Positions 13,954-28,701 of a stretch of 64,000 nucleotides of DNA are shown here, piece by piece. This stretch comes from Eledone cirrhosa. Taxonomy: Eukaryota. The notes beneath the pieces are model-generated. The model did not search any database. It saw nothing but the letters and a program-made list of their open reading frames with translations, and had not been told where the DNA came from. Position 1 is the stretch's first letter. Every line of letters starts with the position of its first letter. The position numbers were made by a program, and so were the translations under genes. Location of the stretch: NCBI GenBank assembly GCA_964016885.1, contig OZ024740.1, positions 343,914,001 to 343,978,000 of the forward strand. Direction: 5' to 3'.

Positions 13954-13992
<39 letters not shown>

Positions 13993-13998
<6 letters not shown>

Positions 13999-14381
13999 AT
14001 ACTTTGGGAGGGTCATGTTGCCAATAAGAAACACACGCACCAGTAGCTTTCACTTCAACACACACAGAAACAAGATGGCGTAGGACAGAACAAAGGAGAG
14101 GCACAAAAACAAAGAAAAGAATCCCAGTCACTGAAGAGGTCATAGTATGTGTGACGAAATAACTTTGACAATATATGAACTATCATCTGGTTGTGGAACC
14201 GACCAACCAACCGGAAATTTATAAATTCCTAAATTTATAAATTTATTATAATAAATTGAAGTGAAACCAGCTGGTGCGTGTGTTTCTTATTGGCAACATG
14301 ACCCTCCCAGAGTATAACAATATCGGTTTCAACACACGCTTTCAGATAAAGAATCTTGCTAAACAAATACAGAAACGAAAT
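13993..14381 (+). mobile_element. ORF-less PLE pLTR (same family as 39162-40285) with short inverted 5' piece; HHR 14127-14169
   Basis: 13993-14058 is the reverse complement of about 14256-14321; GTCA-CTGAAGA-GGTCA..TGAC-GAAA..TGAC. Confidence 0.8.
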
Positions 14382-14559
14382 ATATATATATATAGTATTA
14401 ATTATACTATTTATGGTTATGTAAATACAAAAACCTTTTGCAGTTATATATATTTATTTATACAAACCCTAAATAGTGGTAGGCAGTAATATATTACTAC
14501 CTTATTACCAGTAAGTTAAGTAGCTCAATGTAAAAACATCAGGTGATTTACAGAGCAGT

Positions 14560-15117
14560 TATATGAAATATAAGAATCAAAGAACTGTTCAAAACATTTT
14601 TGTGCTTACAACTGTTTCCTCCTAACCAAGGTTTGGATTCTTCGGAGCAATTTATTAATGAATGAACACTTATATGACCTTCTTTTCACCCAAGAGACAT
14701 ACAGATACATATGCAAATATTGTGGGTCAACATTCATTACAGTATTTAGAGTGGCAGTACACACTTAGAGATTACATTCATATTAAAAGATACAATAAAA
14801 AATACAGGTTAAAATACAACATGAAAATAAGCGGTTATATAACCGCTTATTTTCATGTTGTATTTTAACCTGTATTTGTTATTGTATCTTTTAATATGAA
14901 TGTAATCTCTAAGTGTGTACTGCCACTCTAAATACTGTAATGAATGTTGACCCACAATATTTGCATATGTATCTGTATGTCTCTTGGGTGAAAAGAAGGT
15001 CATATAAGTGTTCATTCATTAATAAATTGCTCCGAAGAATCCAAACCTTGGTTAGGAGGAAACAGTTGTAAGCACAAAAATGTTTTGAACAGTTCTTTGA
15101 TTCTTATATTTCATATA
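14560..15117. repeat. About 558-bp spacerless palindrome of a PLE pLTR, HHR in each arm
   Basis: Centre GCGGTTAT|ATAACCGC at 14838/14839; one mismatch seen. Confidence 0.92.
15028..15074 (+). ncRNA. Type I hammerhead, CCGAAGA core (mirror copy 14603-14649 on minus)
   Basis: TGCT-CCGAAGA-ATCCAAACC..GGTTAGGAG-GAAA-CAGTTG-TA-AGCA. Confidence 0.7.
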
Positions 15118-15121
15118 TTTC

Positions 15122-15236
<115 letters not shown>

Positions 15237-15338
15237 CTGTATATGAGGTTATGAGTGTACGTGCATGTGTTCGAGTATACGTTTGTGTTTACGTATATAT
15301 AAATATATATACATATATGTATCAAATATACATATATA

Positions 15339-15440
15339 AGGCATGTGGTTCAGTAGTTAGAGAATTGGATTCGCAATCGGAAGGTTGTGATTTCGATTCC
15401 CAGACATTTTATTTCACATTGCTCTCTCTGCCTGGAGTTG
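15339..15440 (+). mobile_element. Degenerate tRNA-derived SINE head (other family)
   Basis: TGGTTCAGTAGTTAGA A-box-like, TTTCGATTCCC B-box-like. Confidence 0.5.
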
Positions 15441-15833
15441 CGACTGACAGACAGTATTAGAAATTGGAAAAATCAATGGAACATTGTTTCCTCGGTCCGA
15501 TTTGACGAGCCTCACGCCACTCGTTAAGCGAATGAGGTCTGGGATATAGTCGATCGTCTATCGATGTGTGTTTTGGGATATCTCACTCTCTTTATATATG
15601 TATGGGAAAGTAAATGGAATCAATAAACAAAACAATACAGTACAATGAAGAAATTATATCAGTTTAATTAGGAAAAAAGATTCTTTCTGTTTCGGATACA
15701 AGTCCTTCAATAAGAATTAGAAATAAAAGAAGAAATAAAGAAGAAATAAAGAGAGACCGTGACAAAATGGCGAAAAAGCACGTGTGTATCAATTCAGAGC
15801 GCAATTCAAACTGCCTGTCTCTCTGGCTATCTA

Positions 15834-15904
<71 letters not shown>

Positions 15905-16116
15905 TCTCTGCATATTTAACTGTCTGCCTCTCTGTCTATTCGCTTTTATAAACTAAGAGCGTGGTAGGAATATTTTAAAAAGCTTTTTAGTAGTAAACAT
16001 TAGTGTATCTATGTATATATCTATATATCTGTATAGATACTGCTGTCGAATTCAACAGCAATTATGCCAGTTGTACCATGATACCGATATCTCTATGCAA
16101 TACAATATACATCAAA

Positions 16117-16306
16117 ATAATGATTTCTGATGTAGGCCCAACGCCAACAAATTGATTAAAATCACCCTTAGTACGTTATTTTATCGACTCCTTAGGATGA
16201 AAGGTAAATATAATCTCTGTGAGATTTGAAGTCAGACGGTAAATGACCGTAACTAAATGCCGCAAATCATGTTTTCCGACTCTTTATTGATACTACCAAT
16301 CCACCA
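16117..16306 (-). mobile_element. Old SINE copy
   Basis: Diverged consensus; TSD TATACATCAAAATAAT. Confidence 0.8.
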
Positions 16307-16719
16307 TCCTTGTTATACATCAAAATAATACAAAGTAGTGCAATTCGTGCCGTCAAACGTTTCGTATCTTTCAATCACATATACAACGAATCAAGTAGTG
16401 ACTATAGGGATTCAGTTCAAAACGTTAAGGCATGTCCCGCAACTAGATTTCTCTTCAAATATCAAATCTCACACCAAGCTCATATGACCGGTATCTTTTA
16501 TTTGAATATGAAGACTGAAACATCTATGAGTTGCTGTTATATTTTCGTTTAGTTACGCCTATCACATATCAACTAAAACAATCTAATATAGCCAACAACA
16601 AAAACAATAGCTGGGACAGTATCCATGGCAACTTACCACTTATAATGTCATTGTTAACGACCACTTCCACTTTCTTTTCTACAACCTTATTTTCACCTTC
16701 AATGTGTCGCCATCATCCA

Positions 16720-16721
<2 letters not shown>

Positions 16722-16795
<74 letters not shown>

Positions 16796-16799
16796 GTTG

Positions 16800-16857
<58 letters not shown>
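16722..16857. repeat. (TAC)n microsatellite
   Basis: Direct inspection. Confidence 0.95.
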
Positions 16858-17654
16858 CACAATCAACACCTCCTATTAATACTCACACACATTTCTCTTT
16901 CCTTTTTTCAATTTCTCTCTCTCTTTCTCCCTACAGTCACACAAACGCACACACTCACATATATTATACTAAAACACACCCTCACATAGAGACATTTGTA
17001 CACACACACACACACATATATATTATTCTTAAACACACTCTTACATAGAGACATTCGAACACACACATATACATACATACACACATATGTGCATATATAC
17101 TAAATACAAAAGATAATGCAAATATTACACACTCAAATACCAGTGAGTAATTAACCAACCAGCTTTAAGATTGATTCGTGCTAAAGTTCCATCATGGCTG
17201 CTCCTCTAATTCCATTTTCATTAAGTAGTCATTTATCATGCGCAATGAAACTCCAATTAAACTCTTTTATTAGTGAGCCCTCTTTGACATCAGCTTTATA
17301 TCTGTTGGAAAGATTCAAAATCCCCTTGCTGAATCATACGAGATGTCTTATTTCTTATTCCTTTATTTCTCTTTAACAGAAGGCGTAAAGTTAAGCGATA
17401 AATACTACTAAAATTCAGTGGGTTAAATAGAGGATATATTTTAAACGTCTAAGGTCGAAATAGTACAGAGAGGCATAATAGTAGTTGTTCTTGAGGTTTC
17501 GAACTTTGCTGTTTATGTGTTGTTATTACCCTAAAAAAAGTAAAGAAATTGTTTTGGAGTTAATATTTATATATCTACAAAGCAATGCAAAATGATAGAT
17601 TCAGATATTACATGCACCTTTCCATATAACATTTGCCATTATTATAATAGACAT

Positions 17655-18205
17655 GCGGTGGATTGGCAGTATCGATAGAGGGTCGGACGCCATGCTTTGA
17701 CGCAGAGTTACGGCCATTCTGTGTTCAAATCCCGCCGAGGTTAACTTTGCCTTTCATCCTTACGCGGTCGATAAAATAAAGTACCAGTAATGTACTGCGT
17801 AATTGCTGGCCTTGTGCCAAAAGTAGAAACAATTATAATAGACATGCTTTCCAGCATAGTTACGTCTCTTTACGGTCTGAGTTCAAATCCCGCCGAGGTT
17901 CACTTTGCCTTTTATCCTTACGGGGTCGATAAAATAAAGTACCAGTAATGCACTGGTTAATTGCTGGCCTTGTGCCAAAAAAGTAGAAACAATTATTATA
18001 ATAGACATTAGAGAGCGGTGGATTGGCAGTAGATCGGTAGAGCATCGGACAACTTGTTATGAAGCGTATGGTTACAGTCCTTTACGTTCTGAATTTAAAT
18101 CACGCCGAGGTTAGCTTAGTGTTTGATCATTATGGGATCGATTTAATCGACTTTAAACTTCCCTTCAAATTGCAGGCCAATTGCCGAAAGTAGAAAATAT
18201 GATTA
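17655..18205 (+). mobile_element. Three head-to-tail SINE copies
   Basis: 17655-17836 full, 17843-17997 truncated, 18015-18205 older; ATTATAATAGACAT occurs three times. Confidence 0.88.
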
Positions 18206-20184
18206 CGTTATAGGCTAGTAAACTTCTACACAATAAACATAGTCAACACTGAGAATTATGGCATTGGCAGTTGGCAATGCATTGCTGAATATATTTTGTG
18301 TGTGAACAGTTGTTGAATGTGACCCAATAGCAGTAGGCCTAAACTAGTTAAACAGAAAATCAGAGGAGAAAACCAAGCCATAACAGCTGAAATAGATGCA
18401 ATTATACATATCCTACAAGCGAGAGGATTCATAGGGATTGATGAGAAGAGAAGCTTCATCTTAACCAGTAATAGATACATGAAAGCATGTCTAGAATAAT
18501 ACGTATTCACCATTCGGAAAGAGGAGATACCTACTAAATTTCTCATCGTGACCATTGCTTTAAAATATTCACAACGTGTTGCCATCTCACGAAATATCAT
18601 ATTGTTCGCTAAATAATATAAAATGCTATCTTATTTTCTCCTGACAGTTAGGCAAAAGAAACCTGCGAAATATTCCTATAAAATAACAAAACAATCCAGA
18701 TATTGTAGGATAGAAAACAAAAGTGAATCGTCTGGCGAATGTGAATATCGTTCTTACGTCGAGGAAAACTGGACATCTGTGATAAACTAATGTAGAAATT
18801 ATCGCTTTTATATCTCACTGATAAATATTATGATAAGTATACTGCAAATTTGCACAATACACTGTGAATATTTTTTTTAAAAATAACAATTTAATATGAT
18901 TCACATCGAAATCCAGTGGTACAATGAAGATTTGTAAAACGGTCAAAAGTTTCTGTCTATGTATTTCCTGGAATGAAGACAGTGTAGTTATAAATAAATG
19001 TGCACAGAAAAAAGTAAACAGAATGAAGTTACGCATTTATTTAGGTTGACAACTGATTTCCAAGAATCAAAATATTAACCATTTAGTAAATCATACTTTG
19101 AATTTCATGCATTAAATTAGCATTAATTGATTGGTTGAAGGAATATACCGCAGTTTAAATTGAAGATTTCTCCGGCCGAAAGTCTTCACTAACTGAAGGA
19201 TTGAAACTGAAATTAACCGCAAATAAAACAATACACAATTTATCGCCTCTATTAAAATAATAATTGTTTACATCGTGTACTTCTTTTTGTGCCCACGTCC
19301 ATCCTGATCGAGCAGAACGATGATGGAAGGTGATACATACCTGATGGTGCCGTTATTTGTTTATACTTCTGGTATCTAGAACCACATTATCTAATGTTTA
19401 AATTTCCTTTTTAAGAAAATACAGTGTACTGTTAGAGAGATTTGGCTGCTATTTCTAGCTGAGTAAGCAACCACATATATATTCACTCAGGGGCTTGTGT
19501 AAGGGAATGTATAATTACTAAAAGTCAACATCGATGATCCACAATATAAAACATTGGACATTTTCAGTATTTTACTTTCTCTTACTAATGCCGATTCAGC
19601 TTTATTTCTATTGTGTTCGATAACGTATTTACTAAACATATATAATCATCAAACTCCGACGAAGGGTACCACCCAGGATATTAGATATGCTCGCAGCAAA
19701 ATATCATTATTTGACGCCGCAAGGCAGAACCATTAAAGTATCACTCAGGAAGCTCTTCGATCACCTTTTACATCGTCAATTCAAAATTAACCTATGTCGA
19801 TTGTGCTTATCATAGACAATAAAATGAAAAAGGTGTAATATATTGGAGTCGAGATAATCGACTATTCCCACTCTAAAAGAATAGCAACATATAGCATTGT
19901 GCCTATGCAAGAAATCTTGATGCCACAGACAATTACTAGTTTCTTCGTTCCTTACTGTTTACTTTATTGCCATTGGTGTTAGCTATCGGATTTCTCCGAT
20001 ACATAAACGTATATTTTTTCTTAGGTAACAAATCCATTATAGTTCTTGTGCTTTTGGAAAGAAATGGACATCACTTGTCGTTTTCTTCCTTTCTAAATCC
20101 GTCGTTATATGTCGTTATCGTTATTGTTATGGCGTCTCTATAATCGCCATCATCATGATTATTATCGCAATCGTAATCCTCAAC

Positions 20185-20431
20185 ACCACTATCTCCACCA
20201 CTACCTCCACCACTACCACCACCATCGTTATCATCAACATTATCATCATCATAATCCTCACCACCACCACCACTACCCTCACCACTACCACCACCACCAC
20301 CACCACCACCACCATCATCATCAGCATCATCATCATCACCACCACCACTACCTCCATCATCACCACTACTACCACCACCATCACTACAACCACCACCACC
20401 ACCACCACCACCACCACCATCACCATCGTCG

Positions 20432-20494
<63 letters not shown>

Positions 20495-20530
20495 GCAGTA
20501 GCATCCGCCTCATCATCACCACCACTATTA
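20185..20530. repeat. Compound (CAC)/(CAT)/(CAG) trinucleotide repeat
   Basis: Direct inspection. Confidence 0.9.
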
Positions 20531-22236
20531 GATATTTCATTCAGTGCAAAAGTGTTCCTCGTAGTTTGACAGTTGCAAAACACTTAATATCAGCTAAATT
20601 ATCACACGCTGGCATTAAGATAAATATTTTGTTTGCCTTCTTTACGCTGACATTTCTTTTAAATTTTTATGTTTTCTTTTACTGATATTTCTTTAACAGT
20701 TTTGCCACAACCGTCATTTTCGTTGGCATAGTTAGAATAAATCTCCTACTTATATTTATTACGTTTTACAAGTCACATAGTATTATGTTGCTTTGCTTGA
20801 AGTCATTTTGTTTAATCACGAAATAAAATTTATCAATTGACACCTGGGGTAAGACACTGATAAAATAGTTGATACCATCTCGCAATTTATTGTTTCGAAT
20901 CACATGACATCAAATTGTTGAAAACTCTATTTGACAGACACTGTAAACATTTAACAATTCCTTAGAATTACATCTTACTTGGTGCCCTTTCCAAATACAA
21001 AATCACTCTTTTGCCACGCATTTTTAAGACTTTATTTTCTCATCCGAACAAAGATTCTCTTACATGTGGGGAAAAGAAACTGGCTGTTTATATCGAGGCT
21101 ATTCAGGACGCTGTTCAGTATTAACCGCTGAAAGATCATTATAAAACACACTCAAATTCTTGATTAATTCATCATTTATTAGTATTCAATTACTCACTCC
21201 ACTAGTTTTCAAAGTAATTGGTTTGCTACGTAATGAATCTGGAGAAATTCAAGCCAATTCAGTATATTTAATTTACTTCAAAGAAGCAAGTATGAAAGTG
21301 TAGTTCCTGAACTCACAGTCTGATGGCAATTAAATATTGTAAATTTTCTTAGTGCTGTTTCTGAAAATAAGACAATTCAAAGGTACTTGCGTAAAAACAT
21401 ACATGAAATGACAGTAATACTATATATATCCACTATTACAGAAGAAACATTTCATAGTTTTATAAATGAAAACAGATTACTAGACTTCATTATGATACCT
21501 AAACTGTATTTTCAGAAAAACATGATGGGTTTCAAAAGCAAATAAATACACAAATATGTATTAATTCATGTTTCATTTATTTGTAATTTTTGAAATAATT
21601 TTGATTATTGATTCTGTGACAATTATCACCATCACTGCCAGTAATGTACAAAATAAAATACTGTTAAAAATTTCTCAGATTGAATATCCGCTATTAATAT
21701 ATTTACGTAATATAACTATAACGACATTCATAATGCAAATATGTCATCATTTAATCATTATGTTTGTTATATATGAAAATAACTGCTTTTTTAGTGCGGC
21801 AATTCGTAATAACGTGATCAAAACATTTATCTATGCAATAAAATAACACAAATAATTCAGTTTCAAATTTGAATGCGTATAGTTTTGTTTTAAAATATTA
21901 GAGGATAATTAACAAAATTAGCTTTTAAGTTGGAAATAGAGATTGATAGAAATAATATTACACCCACTCATCCACAACTAAATGTAACATATGTTTGTTC
22001 TGCCGATATCTAAACATATTTACTATATATATGTATCGGTAAACTATAATGATGAAAATCTGAGGACATTTGATTGTTCTACTTGATAAAAGCAAATATC
22101 ATCTAGATGTTATGTAGCAATTTCCATTCATTATTGTTATATTTCATACAAAATATTACATTGTTTGTATTTACAATGGTACGTATGGCTTAAACGCCAA
22201 CTGTATTTGCATGTTTTCGTATATATTATTCTATCC

Positions 22237-22314
<78 letters not shown>

Positions 22315-22454
22315 ATGCGTGTATGTGTGTGTGCGTGCGTGTGTGTGCGCGCGCGCTTATAAGTATATATGTATATATATTTATATTTGCGTGTTACTTG
22401 CCTATACACACACACACATATATATGTATATACACAGACATATCTATCTATACA

Positions 22455-22577
<123 letters not shown>

Positions 22578-23309
22578 ATAGAAAGAGAAAGATTGATATA
22601 TATATAGAGATAGAGAGAGAGAGAGAGTTTGGTACTGAGGTAGAAATATAGAGGTTTTAAACAACATACATTTGTACTAAATCATAGCATGTATTTATTT
22701 GATATAAATATATTTTTGTTGATAACACAGAAGTTTTTAAAGTAGAAGACTTCAGTATGACATGAATGAAACGTAAAAACATTTAACTATGCCTTTACAA
22801 GCCCCAAACAAACAAACACGCACAAACTATCAGATATTACGTTTTGCATTTTCTATACAGAAAATAGAGTACATCAACGAATGTGTATAACCATGGAAAA
22901 TATGTGAATGTTTGATCAAGAGCAATCATATTTGTTTCGTATATTAAACAATGCTATCTATTCTCTTGTGATAAGGTTAAAGCTAACGTGCAAAAGATTG
23001 AAATGAAATTAAAAAGCAATTGTATATCGCAAACGGGGAATGCGATCATGTGATATATCTAGATATCTGAAAAAAAACAAATATATATATGTAAAGTTAG
23101 ATTAAACTATATTAACAATTGTAATGATGACAGATAATGTATATAAACCACCGTATTACAATGACAGTTGGCTTTCCTGATAATTTCCTTCGAATGAAAC
23201 AGTTCTAGTCCTGTAGAAGCCACCCTCTCTCTCTCTCTTTCTCTCTCTCTATATATATATACACACACACACACACATATATATATACGCATATATATAT
23301 ATATATATA

Positions 23310-23357
<48 letters not shown>

Positions 23358-23379
23358 AATCTGAGTTTTTCGAATATTA

Positions 23380-23597
23380 ATAATGATTTCTTATATAGGC
23401 ACAAGGCCACCAATTTTGGGGGAGAGGAAAGTCGATTAAATTGACCCCAGTGCATGACTGGTACTTTATTTTATCGACCCCGTAAGGATGAAAGGCAAAG
23501 TTAACCTCGGCGGGATTTGAACTCAGATCATAAAGGGGCGTAACTCTAAGCTGCAAAGCATGGCGTCCGACCCTCTACCGATACTGCCAATCCACCA
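23380..23597 (-). mobile_element. SINE, long-3' variant
   Basis: Consensus with extra 3' segment; TSD TTTTTCGAATATTAATAAT. Confidence 0.9.
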
Positions 23598-23859
23598 ACC
23601 TTTTTCGAATATTAATAATAATGTTCGATTCGTTTGCAATTATGCAAACAGTCTCTTTTTTGAAGCCAAGTCAGTAGAATGAGCCGCTTCGAAAAACTCA
23701 GATTACATTTATTGTATTATATATGTGTGGTGCGGACGGTATTTGAGGACACGTGTATTTTTAGTCATTATTTTATTTGACTAATTTTCATTGAACTTCC
23801 ATTTCAGAAAATAACATTGAAAATAACTATGCTTACTAATGAAATGAAAAGGCATGCTG

Positions 23860-25056
23860 TGATGGTGGCTTTGAAGGCATGGTGATTTAAAAATGTCTCG
23901 TTTTCTGAAAGTTTCAAGATCTTTTGTCCACAAGATTCGCTGTGAGTTAGAGAAAGATGATGGAAGCGTATTACCTGTATCAAACGTTAACAACATTCCA
24001 AACGCTCTGATTCTATCAGGACACCTGAATTTAAGAAAAACATTGATGACAATCCAGGAAAATCAATGAGGTCAATTGCAAAACATTTTGGTGTGTCAGA
24101 AAAAACAATCAGAAATTTTTTTTATGAAGACATCAGATACAAATCTTACGTGATGAGGAGAGCTCAATTCATGTAAGAAAAAAACAAAAGAAAAGCGTTT
24201 AATCAGATCCANNNNNNNNNNNNNNNNNNNNNNNNNNNNNNNNNNNNNNNNNNNNNNNNNNNNNNNNNNNNNNNNNNNNNNNNNNNNNNNNNNNNNNNNN
24301 NNNNNNNNNNNNNNNNNNNNNNNNNNNNNNNNNNNNNNNNNNNNNNNNNNNNNNNNNNNNNNNNNNNNNNNNNNNNNNNNNNNNNNNNNNNNNNNNNNNN
24401 NNNNNNNNNNNAGATCCAAAAGACATTTCAACAAACTTAAAAATCCATCAGAAGATGGTGTGATTTTGTTTTTCTCAGATGAGAACATTTTTGACCAGGA
24501 CCAGAAAACTAACAGAAGAAATGACAGGTGGCTATGTGCAGACCCTTATCAGGTTCCAATAGTAATGCACACACAATTTCCTGCAAGTGTCATGGTTTTG
24601 GGTGTTGTTAGCAATGAAGGACATGTGATGCCTCTTCACCTTTTTCCACAAGGCCTTAGGGTGAATGCTGCTGCATATATTGAGGTTCTGGATAAAGTTG
24701 TTAAACCTTGGATCAACAGTGTATGCAACGGAAAGCCTTATGTTTTTCAACAAGATTCTGCACCATCACACAAGGCTCAAATGACACAAGAATGGATGGC
24801 CGACAATTTGCATGATTACATCACCCCCAACATTTGGCCTCCTAATTCTCCAGATCTCAATCCACTGGACTACTAGGTATGGAGCATCGTTGAGAAAAAT
24901 GTCAATGAACACCCTCATAGCACCACAAATTCTTTGAAGGCCGCCATAATTCGAGTCATGTCCGATATGAACAAGGACCACTTAATCCGAGCTTGTAAAC
25001 GATTTAGACCCCGTGTAGAGGCAGTTATTGATACTTATGTTGGTTTTATTAAATGA
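23860..25056 (+). pseudogene. DD37D transposase, disrupted
   Basis: FFSDE, FQQDSAPSH, WPPNSPDLNPLDY with 37 aa between 2nd and 3rd D; stops and frameshifts. Confidence 0.9.
24212..24411. other. Assembly gap (200 N)
   Basis: N run. Confidence 0.99.
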
Positions 25057-25218
25057 AATTATTAAATTGATAATTTAGCATTACGTTTTTGTTATTTTTT
25101 ATAAGAATACATTTTTTTTTCTGTCATTATATAAGCGTTTTTTTTAAACCATAAATCTGTCCTCAAATACCGTCCGAACCGCACCCTGTATATATATATA
25201 CATATATATATATATATA

Positions 25219-26062
<844 letters not shown>

Positions 26063-26114
26063 TCCAATAAAAACAGAAAGGCGTCTTCTATATATTCCTT
26101 TAATGATGCAAAAA

Positions 26115-26156
26115 TAATAATACGTATTTCTATAGCCTGCTTTCGCCCTCAGATCA
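26115..26156 (-). ncRNA. Degenerate hammerhead motif
   Basis: Minus strand: TGAT-CTGAGGG-..-GAAA-TACGTA-TT-ATTA; helix II pairs poorly. Confidence 0.4.
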
Positions 26157-26655
26157 TGACGCAAGACACGTGGTGACGTCATTTTGTGTAAATCGCTAAG
26201 AGTAATTAATCAATTACTGAATTACGACAAACACCAACTAGAACCGATACCGAGGAGGTCCGACTATAAGTATCACTACTCTGGTAAGGAAGCCGTATCC
26301 ATACATGTATATAGGCAGTGGAATTTAATTGGAAAACTATAATGACCAATTGAACAACACAAGAGTAATGACTAAACAAACCTATTGAACATAGGATCAA
26401 AAATAAAATGATTTTCCCAATTTGCTTATGTAGTAAATTCTATATATGGTCTGATTTAAGCATAGTATTTGATTGATAATTTGTTTTATAGACCCAGAAA
26501 AATGCACGCAAATTTGAACTTCAATGCATGTGATCTCTTAATATTAAGAGCCAGAGCAAATACTCCAATGGTAACTCGTAATTGATTAACGATGTAGATA
26601 CCTATGATAAGGCCTGAACATCTGCCAAAAATAGTTAAGGCTGTTTATCATTATT

Positions 26656-26827
26656 TGGATTGGCAGTATTGGTAGAGGTTCGGACGCCATGCTTTGCAGC
26701 ATAGAGTTACGGCCCCTTATGATCAGAGTTCAAATCCCTCCGAGTTTAACTTTGTCTTTCATCCTTACGGAGTCGATAAAATAAAGTACCAGGCACGCAC
26801 TGGGGTCGACTTCCCCCTCGCCAAAAT
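26656..26827 (+). mobile_element. SINE
   Basis: Family consensus, 3' end incomplete. Confidence 0.85.
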
Positions 26828-27023
26828 GAGAAACGGTTATTTTCAGAGGATAGGGATATACGCAAGTATGACGTGCTTTTATTAATGTGTATATTTATGT
26901 ACACATTCACGTAGAACAATGCATTTATAATATTAATTTTGACTGCTTCGTACACAATAGGGTATACACTGAAACTGGATAATCACACACACATACACAC
27001 ACATACACACGCACACACACATA

Positions 27024-27094
<71 letters not shown>

Positions 27095-27095
27095 T

Positions 27096-27127
<32 letters not shown>

Positions 27128-27736
27128 CACACACACATATATATATATATGTATTGTACATGTATGTAAGAAAGGGGTATATATAAAAGCATATGCTATA
27201 GGCATTTGCATGATAATCAGTAGAATCTCTCTATGATTTGTAAAAATTAGCGATCATGTCACAACTATCTCAATAGCGGTGAGAATGCCAGACAGAGGTG
27301 TCTAGATTTCTATCCGTCAAATGTGATATTTATGCACTCTTTACTGATACAAGTATAGGCTAAAACCTATATGGCTTTTGCGTATAAAAAATTGGTTGAC
27401 GATGGTCACTTGAACATGGTGCAAATAAAACATTATATATATATATATATATTTGTAAGAACGCACTATATATGTAGGTGTATATATATACAAATAAAAT
27501 ACAGAGTTACTAACTCATAATGATACCCTGCAATTAACAAGCTCAAAGTATAAATACTGAGCATTATATAATAATATATGTAGAAATAAACACAGTAAAT
27601 TCCATGTCTAAAATTACGAGGGTAATTTGTTTTATAAATTTAACCTGAAACATACAGTAGGATAAATTCTATACAGACCGTATCAATAACCATTTCATCT
27701 CTCGGACAGATTAGAGATTTAATCTGTTTCGCCCTG

Positions 27737-27773
<37 letters not shown>

Positions 27774-28318
27774 TATAGTGTTTAATGGCCGTCTGATATT
27801 AAAAACACACACTAGTTGAGCATCCCTTCAATTCAATTCATTAGTATTTTTTGAGTAACTAAAGTTTACGTCGTTTAAATTAATAATATTTTTTTAATTC
27901 TGAAACTCTTTCGTCACATATTCTGGGACCTCCTCAGTGAGTACTTTCCTTATTTTGTGTATCAACTTTGTTCCATTTTGCACCATCCTGTTTTTAGAAG
28001 CTGTGCACTTGGACTGCGCATGCGTTTGTGTTTCTCTTTATGTGCATTTGCGTGTACTTGTTCCTGTTTTACACCATCTTGTCTTCATGTGCTGTGCATA
28101 TATGTTCGTGTCAGTGTATGTGTGTGTCTATGTGTGTGTATCTATGTGTTCCTGCTTCTACAAGCTTTTGTGTGAAATTGTCTATACGTTAGTCTTTTAT
28201 GTCTCGCCTCGCCTTCATGTTTTTATGTATATGTGTCTGTGTTTTTTTCATAAATCTTGCAGTTATTTATTTCTTCGTATTAAATATACAAATATCTCTA
28301 TACCTATATCTATCTAGC

Positions 28319-28395
<77 letters not shown>

Positions 28396-28477
28396 GTGTG
28401 TGTGCATCTGCCCTCTTTCTCTCGCTTTCTAGTTTCCCTCTTTCTTTACATACACACACACACATATATATATGTAT

Positions 28478-28508
<31 letters not shown>

Positions 28509-28584
28509 CAAATAATATACACACATATATACACATATATTTATATGACTATCTATATACATAAAGATATATAAACATATATAA

Positions 28585-28701
<117 letters not shown>

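Larger units (their letters stand above)
23725..25190 (+). mobile_element. Tc1/mariner superfamily, DD37D (maT) transposon relic
   Basis: TIRs CGGACGGTATTTGAGGACA / TGTCCTCAAATACCGTCCG..CACCCTG-TA; transposase inside. Confidence 0.9.

Noticed and set aside
14662-15015. Pair of near-identical 68-aa ORFs on opposite strands
   Set aside because: By-product of the DNA palindrome
15680-15720. HHR-like GGA..TCC-GAAA on minus (similar weak cases near 42130, 42450-42530 and 44115)
   Set aside because: Core or helices too degenerate to call
20071-20685. Poly-His/Gln/Asp/Thr ORFs
   Set aside because: Compound trinucleotide repeat
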